Source: Candidatus Iainarchaeum sp. (lineage in GTDB: Archaea; Iainarchaeota; Iainarchaeia; Iainarchaeales; JAXPJC01). From it: DNA of 64,000 bases. The stretch is taken from NCBI GenBank assembly GCA_016187745.1, contig JACPJC010000009.1, positions 1,118 through 65,117 on the forward strand, written 5' to 3'. Positions within the stretch are counted from its first letter, which is position 1, and each line of letters begins with the position of its first letter. Shown piece after piece: positions 29,467 through 39,539 of this stretch. The notes below the pieces were generated by a model. It saw only the letters and a program-made list of their open reading frames with translations, made no database searches and was not told the DNA's origin. Made by a program: the position numbers and the translations under genes.

Positions 29467-30254
29467 TCCGCATATTCCTTCAGTGGCACTTTCCTTCCTG
29501 TCTTTAGCCGCGCTGAATTCCCGAACTCAAGCATTTTCTTCAGCATTTCATTCCCGAATACCGGCCCATCAGCGCATACCCTTATTCCATTTACCGAACA
29601 CTGCCCGCAGATTCCAAGGCCCCCGCATTTCATAAAGCGCTCAAGGCTTGCCTGCAGGGGGATTTTGTGGCTTTCGCAGATTTCAAAAACGCGCCTCATC
29701 ATTGGTTCTGGCCCGCAGCAAAAAACAGCATCAAATTTTTCCCCCTCACCCAATAATCTTTCAAGCACCTGCGTATTGAATCCTTTTTCCCCCGCGCTTC
29801 CATCATCTGTTGTTATGTATAACTCCGAGCACTTTTTCAGGCGCTCTTCAAACAGCAAATCATTTTTAGTGCGCGCGCCCAAAATAAATTCCGGATTTTG
29901 CAATGCTTCCGCAAGCGGTACAAGCGGGGCAGCCCCTATCCCTCCGGCAACAATACATGCGCTCCTTGCCTTTCCTGCATCAAACCCATTCCCATAAGGC
30001 CCCCTGATTCCAAGCACTTCCCCCGCTCGCATTTCATGCATTTTTTCCGTTGCTTTTCCCTTCTTCTGGACTGTGATTGCAATATCGCCTGAGATTTTTG
30101 AGAGAGAAAACGGCTTCTCATCAATGCGAGGTATCCACACCATTATGAACTGCCCTGGCTTCGCATCCAACTGCGCATCCAGCACAAATGTTTTCACATT
30201 TGAATTTTCATTTATTATTTCCTTTATTGCAACCCCGACAGGATAATCAAGCAT
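29451..30254 (-). CDS. pyrK: Dihydroorotate dehydrogenase electron transfer subunit
   Basis: PGQFIMVW, KPFS, RGPYGNGF, GGIG, CGP, MKCGGLGICGQC..C.DGPVF. Confidence 0.95.
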   Translation of the reverse strand: MLDYPVGVAIKEIINENSNVKTFVLDAQLDAKPGQFIMVWIPRIDEKPFSLSKISGDIAITVQKKGKATEKMHEMRAGEVLGIRGPYGNGFDAGKARSACIVAGGIGAAPLVPLAEALQNPEFILGARTKNDLLFEERLKKCSELYITTDDGSAGEKGFNTQVLERLLGEGEKFDAVFCCGPEPMMRRVFEICESHKIPLQASLERFMKCGGLGICGQCSVNGIRVCADGPVFGNEMLKKMLEFGNSARLKTGRKVPLKEYAEWRQK

Positions 30255-31158
30255 GCGCCTGCCCCCTTATTTCTTCAAGGCTTTTTACCTTGTTCTTTTT
30301 CATCCACATTTCCATTTCCCTGCAGACCTGCGCAAAAATATTCATTCCCCTGTAATAGATTCCGGAGCCAATTCCAATTGCTGTTGCGCCTGCAAGAATC
30401 ATTTCAATAGCATCCCTTCCTGTAAGAATGCCCCCGACCCCTATTATGGGGATTTTCACGCTCTCATAAACATCATAGACGCATCTCACAGCAACAGGCC
30501 TGAGCGCAGGGCCTGAAATGCCACCGCACTTGAAATCAAGAACGGGCTTCCTGCTGTTTATGTCAATCAGCATTCCCGGTCCAAGGGTATTAACAGCAGT
30601 AATTGCGCTTGCGCCTGCTTTTTCAGCAGATTTTGCAAGCTCCCCTATGCCCGGGACATTCGGGGAGAGCTTCACAAAAATCGGAAGCCTTGTTTTTTCC
30701 CTTACCGCATTTGTAATTGCGCTTGTCGCTTCCGGGGTTCCCTGCCCCGCAAGCAATCCGAATCCGGGAGTATGGGGGCAGGAAAGAGGCAGTTCAATTG
30801 CGGAAAACTGGTGCAATGAATCTATTTCCCCTGCGAGAAGCGCAAATTCTTCCGGCTTCTCGGCAACAATGCTTGCAATTATTGGAATTTTAATTCCGGA
30901 TAAATCTGCAAATTCTTTCTTTGCCTCCTCAATTCCCGCATTGCTGTAGCCGACGGCATTCATAATCCCTGCCTCAAAGCCGATTATTGTGGGGTTATGG
31001 TGCCCCTCCCTCGGATTCAGGGTAATTGATTTTATTGTTGCTGCGCCCGCGCCGGAATCGGAAACCCTCTGGAGAAGCTCCCTGCTCACTCCCAAAATGC
31101 CCGAAGCTAAAATAGTTGGATTCTTCAGCCTCAAATTGCACAAATCAACTTCCAGCAA
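30247..31158 (-). CDS. pyrD: Dihydroorotate dehydrogenase family 1B
   Basis: KNPTILASG, NAVG, SCPH, VKLSPN, GGISG, IIGVGG. Confidence 0.95.
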   Translation of the reverse strand: MLEVDLCNLRLKNPTILASGILGVSRELLQRVSDSGAGAATIKSITLNPREGHHNPTIIGFEAGIMNAVGYSNAGIEEAKKEFADLSGIKIPIIASIVAEKPEEFALLAGEIDSLHQFSAIELPLSCPHTPGFGLLAGQGTPEATSAITNAVREKTRLPIFVKLSPNVPGIGELAKSAEKAGASAITAVNTLGPGMLIDINSRKPVLDFKCGGISGPALRPVAVRCVYDVYESVKIPIIGVGGILTGRDAIEMILAGATAIGIGSGIYYRGMNIFAQVCREMEMWMKKNKVKSLEEIRGQAHA

Positions 31159-31215
31159 CTAACTCCCTTTAAAATTAGAGCAAATGTTATTAATAATTTT
31201 TGCAATGGCAAAGCG

Positions 31216-31671
31216 CTATTTCACTGAATTGAATATTTCGCTTTCATCCATTTCCCTTTCACAATAGCGGCATTTTGCCCTGAGCGGCGCATCAGAAATT
31301 GAGAATTTTGTCGCGATGCTTTCCGCATTGGTTATGCAGTTCGGATTGATGCATTTTATTGTTCCATTCACGGATTTCGGCAGCTCAATTTTATTTTTAT
31401 TTGCAACATTTGAATTTTTTATTATGTTGAGCGTTGCGCCCCTTGCAATGAGCGCAATCTTGTTTATTTCCTCCCCGCTTAATTCCTTCCCCTCAATAAA
31501 TACAAGGTCCTTCCTTCCAAGCTTCCCGCTTTCAGTGTTTATCGCAAGCGTAATCGCATGCTGGTGCCCCAATTTCAATAATTCAAGTATTTTGAGCGCG
31601 CTCCCCACCTTCAAATGGTCAAGCACGGTTCCATTGCTTATTGGGGTCAGGCGGATGTCATCGTTCTTCAT
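31216..31671 (-). CDS. pyrI: Aspartate carbamoyltransferase regulatory subunit
   Basis: NGTVLDH, KDLVFIEG, CINPNCIT, CRYCE. Confidence 0.95.
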   Translation of the reverse strand: MKNDDIRLTPISNGTVLDHLKVGSALKILELLKLGHQHAITLAINTESGKLGRKDLVFIEGKELSGEEINKIALIARGATLNIIKNSNVANKNKIELPKSVNGTIKCINPNCITNAESIATKFSISDAPLRAKCRYCEREMDESEIFNSVK

Positions 31672-32606
31672 TTTTCATTCCCCAAAGTGTTAAGTATTGC
31701 TTCCCTCACAGGAATTCCATTCGCAGCCTGCTGGAAATAAAGCGCGGCATCAGTCTCATCAATCTCGGTTGAAATCTCATTTATCCTCGGCAGGGGATGC
31801 ATTATCCTGAACCTGCTTTTCGTGCGCTGCAGGATTTCCTTCGTAAGAATGTAAACATCCTTTATCCTCTCGTATTCCAGGGGGTCTGCAAACCTTTCCT
31901 TCTGGATGCGCGTAGCATACAAAACATCAAGCTCGGGAAGAAATTCATGCAGTTCCGCGCTTTCTCTTATTTTTACCCTGCCCTTTATCGCATTTGCAAT
32001 GTGCCCGGGCATTTTCAGCATCTCCGGGGCAATAAAATAAAGCTCAACATTATCAAACATGCTTAGCGCCACTGCCAAGCTGTGCACTGTTCTCCCATAT
32101 TTCAGATCCCCGAGCATTCCGATCTTCAAGCCATCAATTTTTCCGAATTCCCTGCGCATTGTGTAGAGGTCCAGCAAAGTTTGCGTAGGGTGCTGGTTGC
32201 TCCCATCCCCCGCATTTATTACGGGTTTTGCGCTGACTTCAGCAGCGCGCCTTGCGCTCCCATCAAGCGGATGGCGCATTACAATTACATCAGAATATTT
32301 CTCAACCATCCTAATTGTATCTGAAAGCGTTTCGCCCTTCTTCTGGCTTGTTGCATTCGCATCCGAAAAGCCCACAACCTTCGCCCCAAGATTCTGAGCG
32401 GCTGTTTCAAAGCTGAGCCTTGTCCGGGTGGAAGGCTCAAAAAAGAGCGAAGCGACAACCTTCCCGGAAAGAAGCGCATTTTTCTCCTCAATCCGCATCG
32501 CCTCAAGCCTTGAGGCCTGGCTGAGTATGAAATTCATGTCACTGAGGGAAAAATCATTTATGGAAATTACATCCGCAAGCGCGAAATTCGACCTTTCAAT
32601 GAGCAC
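31668..32606 (-). CDS. pyrB: Aspartate carbamoyltransferase catalytic subunit
   Basis: FFEPSTRT, HPTQ, GDLKYGRTVHS, RIQKER, MHPLPR. Confidence 0.97.
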   Translation of the reverse strand: MLIERSNFALADVISINDFSLSDMNFILSQASRLEAMRIEEKNALLSGKVVASLFFEPSTRTRLSFETAAQNLGAKVVGFSDANATSQKKGETLSDTIRMVEKYSDVIVMRHPLDGSARRAAEVSAKPVINAGDGSNQHPTQTLLDLYTMRREFGKIDGLKIGMLGDLKYGRTVHSLAVALSMFDNVELYFIAPEMLKMPGHIANAIKGRVKIRESAELHEFLPELDVLYATRIQKERFADPLEYERIKDVYILTKEILQRTKSRFRIMHPLPRINEISTEIDETDAALYFQQAANGIPVREAILNTLGNEK

Positions 32607-32654
32607 CCAAACCCTTTATAATATTGAAATCAGGAATATTTAATCATTTCCCTT

Positions 32655-35600
32655 TCAGAACTCTTCCTTCGCTGATTTCAGCCTCATGCTCCCCTTGAAA
32701 TAGCCGAACATGATTATGAGCAGCATCTCCGCTATTGCGATAATGGCCGCGGCATAGAAGTCAACGAAGCGGTTTACTGCAAGCGGCAGAATGAACGCAA
32801 TTACGCTCAGCAGCGCCCTTGCAAGCATCTCGCGCTTTCTCTCTTCCGAGCTTTTTGCCCCCTCCCCGAACAAGTAATAGGAATACCTGTATGTGAGCAC
32901 AGCAGCAATCCCGCAAAGCACAACAAGCAGTATAAGGAGCAATGGCGCCTCAACAATTGTTTTCCCGAACAATAATTTCGCAATGTTTGTGAGGAACTGC
33001 TGCATTGTAAGGCCTGCAGCAACTGCGCTGAACTGGCTTTTTATCCTGTTTGCGCATACCTGCACCCTTACATCATAGGTTGCAATTTCCAATGGCTCAT
33101 ATGTAATGAGGCCTTCGGCATCTGAAGATTCAATAACCTTCTTGTGCTGCCAGGAGATTTCCGCGCTTGTATTTTTTATTGTTCCAAGCATCGGGTGCTT
33201 TGCCCTTATTTCCGCCTTTTCCCCGATGGGAACTTCCCTTGTTATGTCAACAACAATCAGGTTGCTGTTCATGTCAATAGGGTCAGTAAGGTCGTATTTT
33301 ATTTCCTGGCCATCCATTACGCAATCATCGTCGCTGTCGGCATCTTCCGGATTTGTATGGTATTTTGTTACTTCATCCTCATCAGTTATGCCGTCATTGT
33401 CAGAATCCTTTCCCGGGAGGAATATGAACGGGCATGCGCTTCCCGTCAATCCATTTTCCTCATCCACAAGGCCATCCAGATCGTCATCAATGCTGTTTCC
33501 GCAGATTTCCGCCACAATATTTGCGCAGCCCTCATCCGCTTCGCCATTATCATTGTCATCAATGCCGTTTCCGCATATCTCCCCGCAGCCCTCATCAATG
33601 CCCCCATCCAAATCATTGTCAGTTCCATCGCCGCAAACCTCAATGCATTCCGGGTCATCCTGGTCTATCAGCGCATCGCCGTCATCATCAACTGCATTGT
33701 TGCATATTTCCCCTGACTTTATGAGAATGCTTGCTGTTGCGGAATTGTTGTTCTCGTTTGCGCCCTCATCAACGCTATTGGAAGAATCGGCAACAACATG
33801 GATTGCAACTGTCCCATCAAGCCCCGCTGAATCGAATGTGAATTGCGCTGTTGCCGAGGCGCCGGAGGCAAGCCCCTGGATTGTTACTGTGCCAATGTCA
33901 TATTGCATCCCATTCTCAGCCCTGTAGGCGCGCACATTGAAAGTTCCCGCATCCTGCTGCCCGATATTCTGCATTGTTGCGGTTATTGCTGCCGGAGAGC
34001 CCTTTGCAAGTGTTTTCGGCGCAGAAATGCTTTTCAGCCACAGGTCCGCATTAGCGCTGCTCATTGTTATTGTAATGCCCCTGCTGTTGTTGGTTTCATC
34101 ACTCTCAGCTGTGCTGTTCGTTGAATCGGCATTCACATCATATGCAACGCTCCCTGTTTTTCCTGAAGTGTCAACGCTGAACTGCACCATCTCGCTTTCA
34201 TTGCCCGGGGAGAAGAGCAGTGAGAAGGAATCCGCAATTTTCAGCAATGGCGCCGCAGCTGCAGCAGCAATCCCGCAGAGAGCCGCATTAATCTGCGCGC
34301 CGTCCTGGGTGCAAAGCCTGCTTGCAGAAATGCTTTTTGAATCCTTCCTTGCCGGGGCGCCCGCAATTTTCTCAAACAATCCGATTTCAATTGCTGATTG
34401 CACGGCCTGCATGCCGATATTCTGTATTGTTGCCGTAAGTGTAATAATTTCCCCCGGGGTTGCAAGCAGCTTGCTTGCAACAAGCCCAGAAACAATCAAA
34501 TCAGGGAGGTTTGCTATTATCAACAGCTGCGCCGTTGCTGTGTTGTTTGTTTCGCTTTGTTCGGAAATCTTTACATCATAATCCGCATATACTGCAAATG
34601 ACACAATTCCCGAGAGGGCAGATGTTGAAACACCGGTGAATGAAATTTGCGCTGATTCGTTGACTGCCAGCGCATTTATGGTCTTTGTCTGCAGCAGCAC
34701 CCCGCTCTGCGAGGTTCCCCTGTACAATGCGATGTTTACTGCGCCCGAAGCGACATTTCCAATATTCTTCACAGTTGCATTTAATGTCGCTGCTGTGCCG
34801 CTTGCAACTGACGCAGGGGAAAAGCCTGCCGAGCTTATTGTAAAATCAGGGGCATTTGTCGGCGGGGAGATTGTTACGGTAATTCCCTGCTGATTGTTGT
34901 TTTCATTCTGCTCATTTATGCTGTTGGCATTGTCCGCGAACAATGTAAAAAGCGCATCCCCACTCAGTGCGCTTGTATCAACCAATGGGAACTCGACTGC
35001 TGCTGTGGAATTTGCCTGAAGCTGGGCAATCTGCACTGACTGCAGAAGGGTTCCGGCGCCCGTTCCCAAATACAAGCCGACATTGAATGGCTGGGTGATG
35101 TTTGCTGCAGAATTGTTCCTTATTGCTGCGGAAAAGCTTATTGCCGTTGATTGCGGCACTGACGCGCCCGGATAAACCGAAAAGGAATCAATGCTCAAAT
35201 CCCATGAGCTTTCAGACAGCACCTGGCAGTAAAGCGTCAAATCATGCAGCGATGGCGTTGTTGCAGCATCAGTTGTTTCAAGCGCAGCCTCAATTTTCGC
35301 ATATCTCCCGTTCTGATTGCTGAGCGTTGCAGGTGCGCTTGTGTAATATGCGGACCATGATGCCGTTGCAAGCCCATCAGCAGTATTTGCGCTTTTTATG
35401 CGGAATTTCACATTTGTATTTGCAGGCTTTGTCGCATTCCATCCAATTGAGGAGAATGCCGCATTTGCGGTTGCATCAAAATCAAGCTGCAGGCTTCCGC
35501 TTAACTGGCTGCTCGCCAATTTTACATCATCCGGGCTGCTTGTTGTATCAACATTATTCGCAATTCCGTATTCCCACTGCGCCTTCGTTGTCCATGTCCC

Positions 35601-38600
35601 CGGGCAGCCGGAAAGTATTTGCGTGATTGTTATTGGTATGCTATCACTATCAGTTCCGCCGAGATTGTCAGTTACTGTCAATGTAACTGTATAATTCCCT
35701 GCAATTGAATAAATGTGCGTTGCAGCAGCACTGCCTGCGCCACCCCCATCCCCGAAGTCCCATGCGTAGCTAACTATTGTGCCATCGCTGTCATATGAAG
35801 CAGAGCCGTCAAATGCGATTGTTTCCCCCTGAATTGCGGAATATTTATTGGCTGAGGCGCTTGCTGTTGGCGCCTGGTTGTAAGCTGAGCAATTAAGCGT
35901 CAAATCATTGAGTGTTGGCGTTGCTATGGGGTCTGTAGTTTCCAGTGTTGCTTCCACCTGCGCAAATCTTTTGTTGCTATAGCCCGCATAAGTGCTCAAA
36001 TCAGCTGCAGAGGCTGTATAAAAGATTGACCACGCTGCGGAATCCAATGCGCTTTGCGTATCTGCCGTCCTTATTCTGAATTTTACATCAGTATTTGCCG
36101 GCTTTTCGGCAGTCCAGGAAAGGGAAGAGAAAATGCTCTGCGCCTGCGCATCAACTGTTGCAAGCCATGTGCCTGAACTTGCATAGGAGCCTATCGAAGC
36201 CGCGCTTAAATCAAACCAGTCAAAGCTGCCCATGCCCCTTCCATCCCCCGCAAATCCAACTTGCAGGTCTGCGGCACTGCTGAAAAAGCCCGCAGGCAGG
36301 CTGAGCGCATTCCATGTGATACCGTCAGCGCTGTAATACATTGAAATGCCGGAGCCAGCGCGGGCAATTTTAAAATAATATGGATAACTGAAAGATGGAA
36401 CCTGAATTGATACGCTTCTCCCTGAATAATCGTGTGCCAGGATATAATAAGCCGCTCCGCAATAGGGCAGGCACGTGCCCGTGGGGCTTTTTTGCAATCC
36501 AACATAAGCCCATTCAGCCCCAACTTTTGGGCGTATTAAAAAACTTATGCGCGAACCGCAATAACTTTGCCCGGAGCAATATGCAAAGGAATCCAATTTT
36601 GTCTTTGCAGTAAAATCCCCCTTGACATCATCTATGTACAAAAAGCCATAGCCTGCAGATATATCGCCATCAGCGGCAACAATATTCATTTTTCCTGATG
36701 TTTCGCTGTAACTCGCATTGCTGTACGCCTGCCACTTCCATATGCCGCTAACTGCCCCGTCATCAAAATTATCGTAGAATGCAATTGCCTTATTAAGCAG
36801 AATATTTCCGGGGCTTGCTGTTATGTCCGTATTTGCCAATGTGCCATAGGCAAAATCCGCCTGGGTTGTAAAGTGCGCAGGGCAGCCCGCAAATACAGTT
36901 GGCGCGGCAGAAATGTTTATTGTTGCTGTTGCGCTTGCTGTTGCCCCGAGATTATCAGTTACTGTCAATGTGGCAGCATATGTTCCAGGCGCAGAATATG
37001 AATGCGTTGCGCTTGATGTGTTGCCATGCGCTGTTGAATCCCCCCAGTTCCAGTCATAGCCTGCGATTGTCCCATCGGCATCAGTTGAAGTGGATGTGAA
37101 TGTAATTGTTTCCAAGGCGTTTGCGGAGTACTTGCTTGCAGTGAAGCTTGCTGTTGGCGCCTGATTTGTTGCCGTGCAGCTGAGAGTGAGGTCCTGCAGA
37201 ATCGGCGTATAGGAAGTATTGGAAGTTTCAAGGGTTGCCTCAACTCTTGCATATCTCCCTGAAGAAGCATTCAGAGTTGCGGGGGAATTTGTGAAATATG
37301 AGCTCCACGCTGCGGAATCCAATCCCGCAGAACTATCAGCAACCTTGATGCGGCTTTTTATTTCTGTGTAGTTTCTCCTTACATTTGAGATGCGCAGCTC
37401 ATCAATATAGGCATTATAAATTCCTGGAAGCACTGTTTCGGGGTCGCTAGGATTTGTTAAGTGATTGCCCAGCCCATAGCTAATGCAGCTGTCGCCGCAG
37501 TTTGATACATGATTGGCGGTAGCAGTGCCTTCTGCAGCAAGCACGCCCTTTATCCATAATTTCTGCGGCTGCCCATTGCCGTAAGATGCAGCAACATGTG
37601 TCCATGAGTTTATAGGAATCTGGCCCCCAGTAATCAATACATTCTGGCCTGATGCATTGTAAATAAAAGCTATACTTCTATCTTGGTGTAATTTGATATG
37701 GATCGAATCATAACCCGAACCGTTTCTGTTGTTGAATATGAACCTGTTTTCAGTAGGCTCTGCTGTCAAATAAATCCAGAATTCTATTGTGCCTGATACG
37801 GGAGGCGCCCCTGGCCAACTAATCTTATCCGCGCTGTTGTCTGCATAAACCCCCTGCCCGAATTTCCCTGTGCTGAAAGTGTAACCGGAATTTGTGCCTG
37901 TTGTTGCGCCATTGAAATGCTCAAGCAGCGTTGTTGAAGGATCGCTTGTGAATTCACGCTGTGTTGGCACGGGAGATGCGCATATAACTGTGCATTCTTC
38001 AGCCCCGTTATTGTTTGCGCCTTCCCATGCCCCGCAGCCATTGTTGTTCGGGGTTCTTTGGGTGCTTACCCAATTCTCTGAAGGCCCTGCGCCATGGCTG
38101 CTGCCGGTGCCTGTATCGCTCCATGAAAGCCTTGTATCAGAGCCATCGCAGAAGGCGAAGTGCAAATCTTCTGTGGTAAGGCCTGAAATTACCGCTTCAT
38201 TCGCGGTTGAATTCCTCGCGTATATCGCAGAGGCGCCAAAGCTTTCATTCCAGAGCAATTGTGGGAAGGTTGTGCCTGCTGCGCCGGAATCGAAATCCAG
38301 TGAAATAGTGCCCGAACTTGCATAAGCGCCCGAATAAAGCGCTGCAATCTCGCCTGCTGAAAGCGCCCTGTTGTAGATTACGGCCTCATCAATTGTGCCA
38401 TTAAGCTGGCTGCCAAGGGAAGGGTCATATGCCGCAGAATTAAGCGCATTGCTCCCATTCCAACTCATTCCCAGCGCGCCATTGAGATAAATTTTTACAG
38501 CGCTTCCATCATATGTTCCCGCAACATGATACCATGTGTTAAGCTGCAATGTTGTTGCCCACGTATAGGCGGCGATGCTGACGGCATCGTTTCCAACCCA

Positions 38601-39107
38601 AAACTGCGCTTGCCCATCGGGGCGGATGCTAAGCAAATATCCGTTTGACCCCCCATACTTGCCTATAACCGCACCATAGCTGCCGCCCGGATAGCTGTCC
38701 AATTTTACCCATGCGGCCGCTGTAACAACATTTGGGCCCAAACCCGCAGAATTCGGTATGAGCACATGATCATCAACGCCGTCAAAGTGCAATGCATTGC
38801 CAAATACGCCGGAAGAAGTCCAAGTTGGCCCGTTTGTCAGTGTCCCATTATTCCCATTTCCGCTTGAATCTGAAGCTGTTGTTCCTGTTCCCTCATTGAA
38901 ATGCATCAGCAGCTTTGTGCTTGCATCCGCTGCACCGCTTGCCAGAACCACATCCCCCGTGCTTGCAGCAGTGTCAACGCTGGCTTTTGTCCCGGAATCC
39001 CAATCCCCCTGCGAGCTCCAGGTTTTCGGGCACTGTGCGCTTGCATATGGAAAGAGCAGCAGCGCGAATATCGCAGCCAAAAGAGCCGGATAGGCAAGAT
39101 ATTTCAT
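32655..39107 (-). CDS. Giant cell-surface protein (2150 aa): LamG x2, PKD x2, CARDB repeats, Asp-rich Ca-binding repeats, C-terminal TM anchor
   Basis: Signal peptide; WYHVAGTYDG/IDE (LamG); YDWNWGD, WDFGDG (PKD); DL..S, E.NE.NN (CARDB); EICGNGIDDND.G..DEGC repeats; three C-terminal hydrophobic helices. Confidence 0.88.
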   Translation of the reverse strand: MKYLAYPALLAAIFALLLFPYASAQCPKTWSSQGDWDSGTKASVDTAASTGDVVLASGAADASTKLLMHFNEGTGTTASDSSGNGNNGTLTNGPTWTSSGVFGNALHFDGVDDHVLIPNSAGLGPNVVTAAAWVKLDSYPGGSYGAVIGKYGGSNGYLLSIRPDGQAQFWVGNDAVSIAAYTWATTLQLNTWYHVAGTYDGSAVKIYLNGALGMSWNGSNALNSAAYDPSLGSQLNGTIDEAVIYNRALSAGEIAALYSGAYASSGTISLDFDSGAAGTTFPQLLWNESFGASAIYARNSTANEAVISGLTTEDLHFAFCDGSDTRLSWSDTGTGSSHGAGPSENWVSTQRTPNNNGCGAWEGANNNGAEECTVICASPVPTQREFTSDPSTTLLEHFNGATTGTNSGYTFSTGKFGQGVYADNSADKISWPGAPPVSGTIEFWIYLTAEPTENRFIFNNRNGSGYDSIHIKLHQDRSIAFIYNASGQNVLITGGQIPINSWTHVAASYGNGQPQKLWIKGVLAAEGTATANHVSNCGDSCISYGLGNHLTNPSDPETVLPGIYNAYIDELRISNVRRNYTEIKSRIKVADSSAGLDSAAWSSYFTNSPATLNASSGRYARVEATLETSNTSYTPILQDLTLSCTATNQAPTASFTASKYSANALETITFTSTSTDADGTIAGYDWNWGDSTAHGNTSSATHSYSAPGTYAATLTVTDNLGATASATATINISAAPTVFAGCPAHFTTQADFAYGTLANTDITASPGNILLNKAIAFYDNFDDGAVSGIWKWQAYSNASYSETSGKMNIVAADGDISAGYGFLYIDDVKGDFTAKTKLDSFAYCSGQSYCGSRISFLIRPKVGAEWAYVGLQKSPTGTCLPYCGAAYYILAHDYSGRSVSIQVPSFSYPYYFKIARAGSGISMYYSADGITWNALSLPAGFFSSAADLQVGFAGDGRGMGSFDWFDLSAASIGSYASSGTWLATVDAQAQSIFSSLSWTAEKPANTDVKFRIRTADTQSALDSAAWSIFYTASAADLSTYAGYSNKRFAQVEATLETTDPIATPTLNDLTLNCSAYNQAPTASASANKYSAIQGETIAFDGSASYDSDGTIVSYAWDFGDGGGAGSAAATHIYSIAGNYTVTLTVTDNLGGTDSDSIPITITQILSGCPGTWTTKAQWEYGIANNVDTTSSPDDVKLASSQLSGSLQLDFDATANAAFSSIGWNATKPANTNVKFRIKSANTADGLATASWSAYYTSAPATLSNQNGRYAKIEAALETTDAATTPSLHDLTLYCQVLSESSWDLSIDSFSVYPGASVPQSTAISFSAAIRNNSAANITQPFNVGLYLGTGAGTLLQSVQIAQLQANSTAAVEFPLVDTSALSGDALFTLFADNANSINEQNENNNQQGITVTISPPTNAPDFTISSAGFSPASVASGTAATLNATVKNIGNVASGAVNIALYRGTSQSGVLLQTKTINALAVNESAQISFTGVSTSALSGIVSFAVYADYDVKISEQSETNNTATAQLLIIANLPDLIVSGLVASKLLATPGEIITLTATIQNIGMQAVQSAIEIGLFEKIAGAPARKDSKSISASRLCTQDGAQINAALCGIAAAAAAPLLKIADSFSLLFSPGNESEMVQFSVDTSGKTGSVAYDVNADSTNSTAESDETNNSRGITITMSSANADLWLKSISAPKTLAKGSPAAITATMQNIGQQDAGTFNVRAYRAENGMQYDIGTVTIQGLASGASATAQFTFDSAGLDGTVAIHVVADSSNSVDEGANENNNSATASILIKSGEICNNAVDDDGDALIDQDDPECIEVCGDGTDNDLDGGIDEGCGEICGNGIDDNDNGEADEGCANIVAEICGNSIDDDLDGLVDEENGLTGSACPFIFLPGKDSDNDGITDEDEVTKYHTNPEDADSDDDCVMDGQEIKYDLTDPIDMNSNLIVVDITREVPIGEKAEIRAKHPMLGTIKNTSAEISWQHKKVIESSDAEGLITYEPLEIATYDVRVQVCANRIKSQFSAVAAGLTMQQFLTNIAKLLFGKTIVEAPLLLILLVVLCGIAAVLTYRYSYYLFGEGAKSSEERKREMLARALLSVIAFILPLAVNRFVDFYAAAIIAIAEMLLIIMFGYFKGSMRLKSAKEEF

Positions 39108-39189
39108 GTCATTTAAGTAATGTCATTTCCTATATATAAACAATATAGTGGGAAGCAAATGCCGCCAAAAAATCAGGGATTGGAATGTG

Positions 39190-39519
39190 TCAGAAATCCA
39201 TCCGGAATTCAATGCCATGGTTCCTGAAGCCAAGGCGCCTGTAGAGTTCATGCACCCCCTTCCTCCGGTGCCTGCTGGTTGCTATAAGCTTGTAGCAGCT
39301 CTTTTTCTTTGCCAGTTTTATGGCATCATTGATCAGCGCCGTCCCTATGCCCTTTCCCCTTGCGCCTTCATCAACAAACAAATCCTCCAGAAGCCCGAAT
39401 GGGACTTTATGCAGGTCATTTTTCATGATGTAGAGGTATATCCTTCCAATCTCCCTGCCGTTTGCTCTGGCGGAAAGCCTTATGCCCCTGCAGCTTAACC
39501 TCCTGCTTTCTATCTTAAT
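39190..39519 (-). CDS. GNAT family N-acetyltransferase
   Basis: LEDLFVDEGARGKGIG, LYRRLGF. Frame extends to ATT at 39519 with AGGAGG upstream; the ORF track start is 39426. Confidence 0.85.
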   Translation of the reverse strand: MKIESRRLSCRGIRLSARANGREIGRIYLYIMKNDLHKVPFGLLEDLFVDEGARGKGIGTALINDAIKLAKKKSCYKLIATSRHRRKGVHELYRRLGFRNHGIEFRMDF

Positions 39520-39539
39520 TGCGATTCCTCCTGCTGATG

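Noticed and set aside
33300-33720. Asp/Cys-rich repeats in the giant protein as a novel repeat system
   Set aside because: They match the common EICxNGIDDDxDGxxDEGC and DSDxDG Ca-binding motifs of surface proteins.
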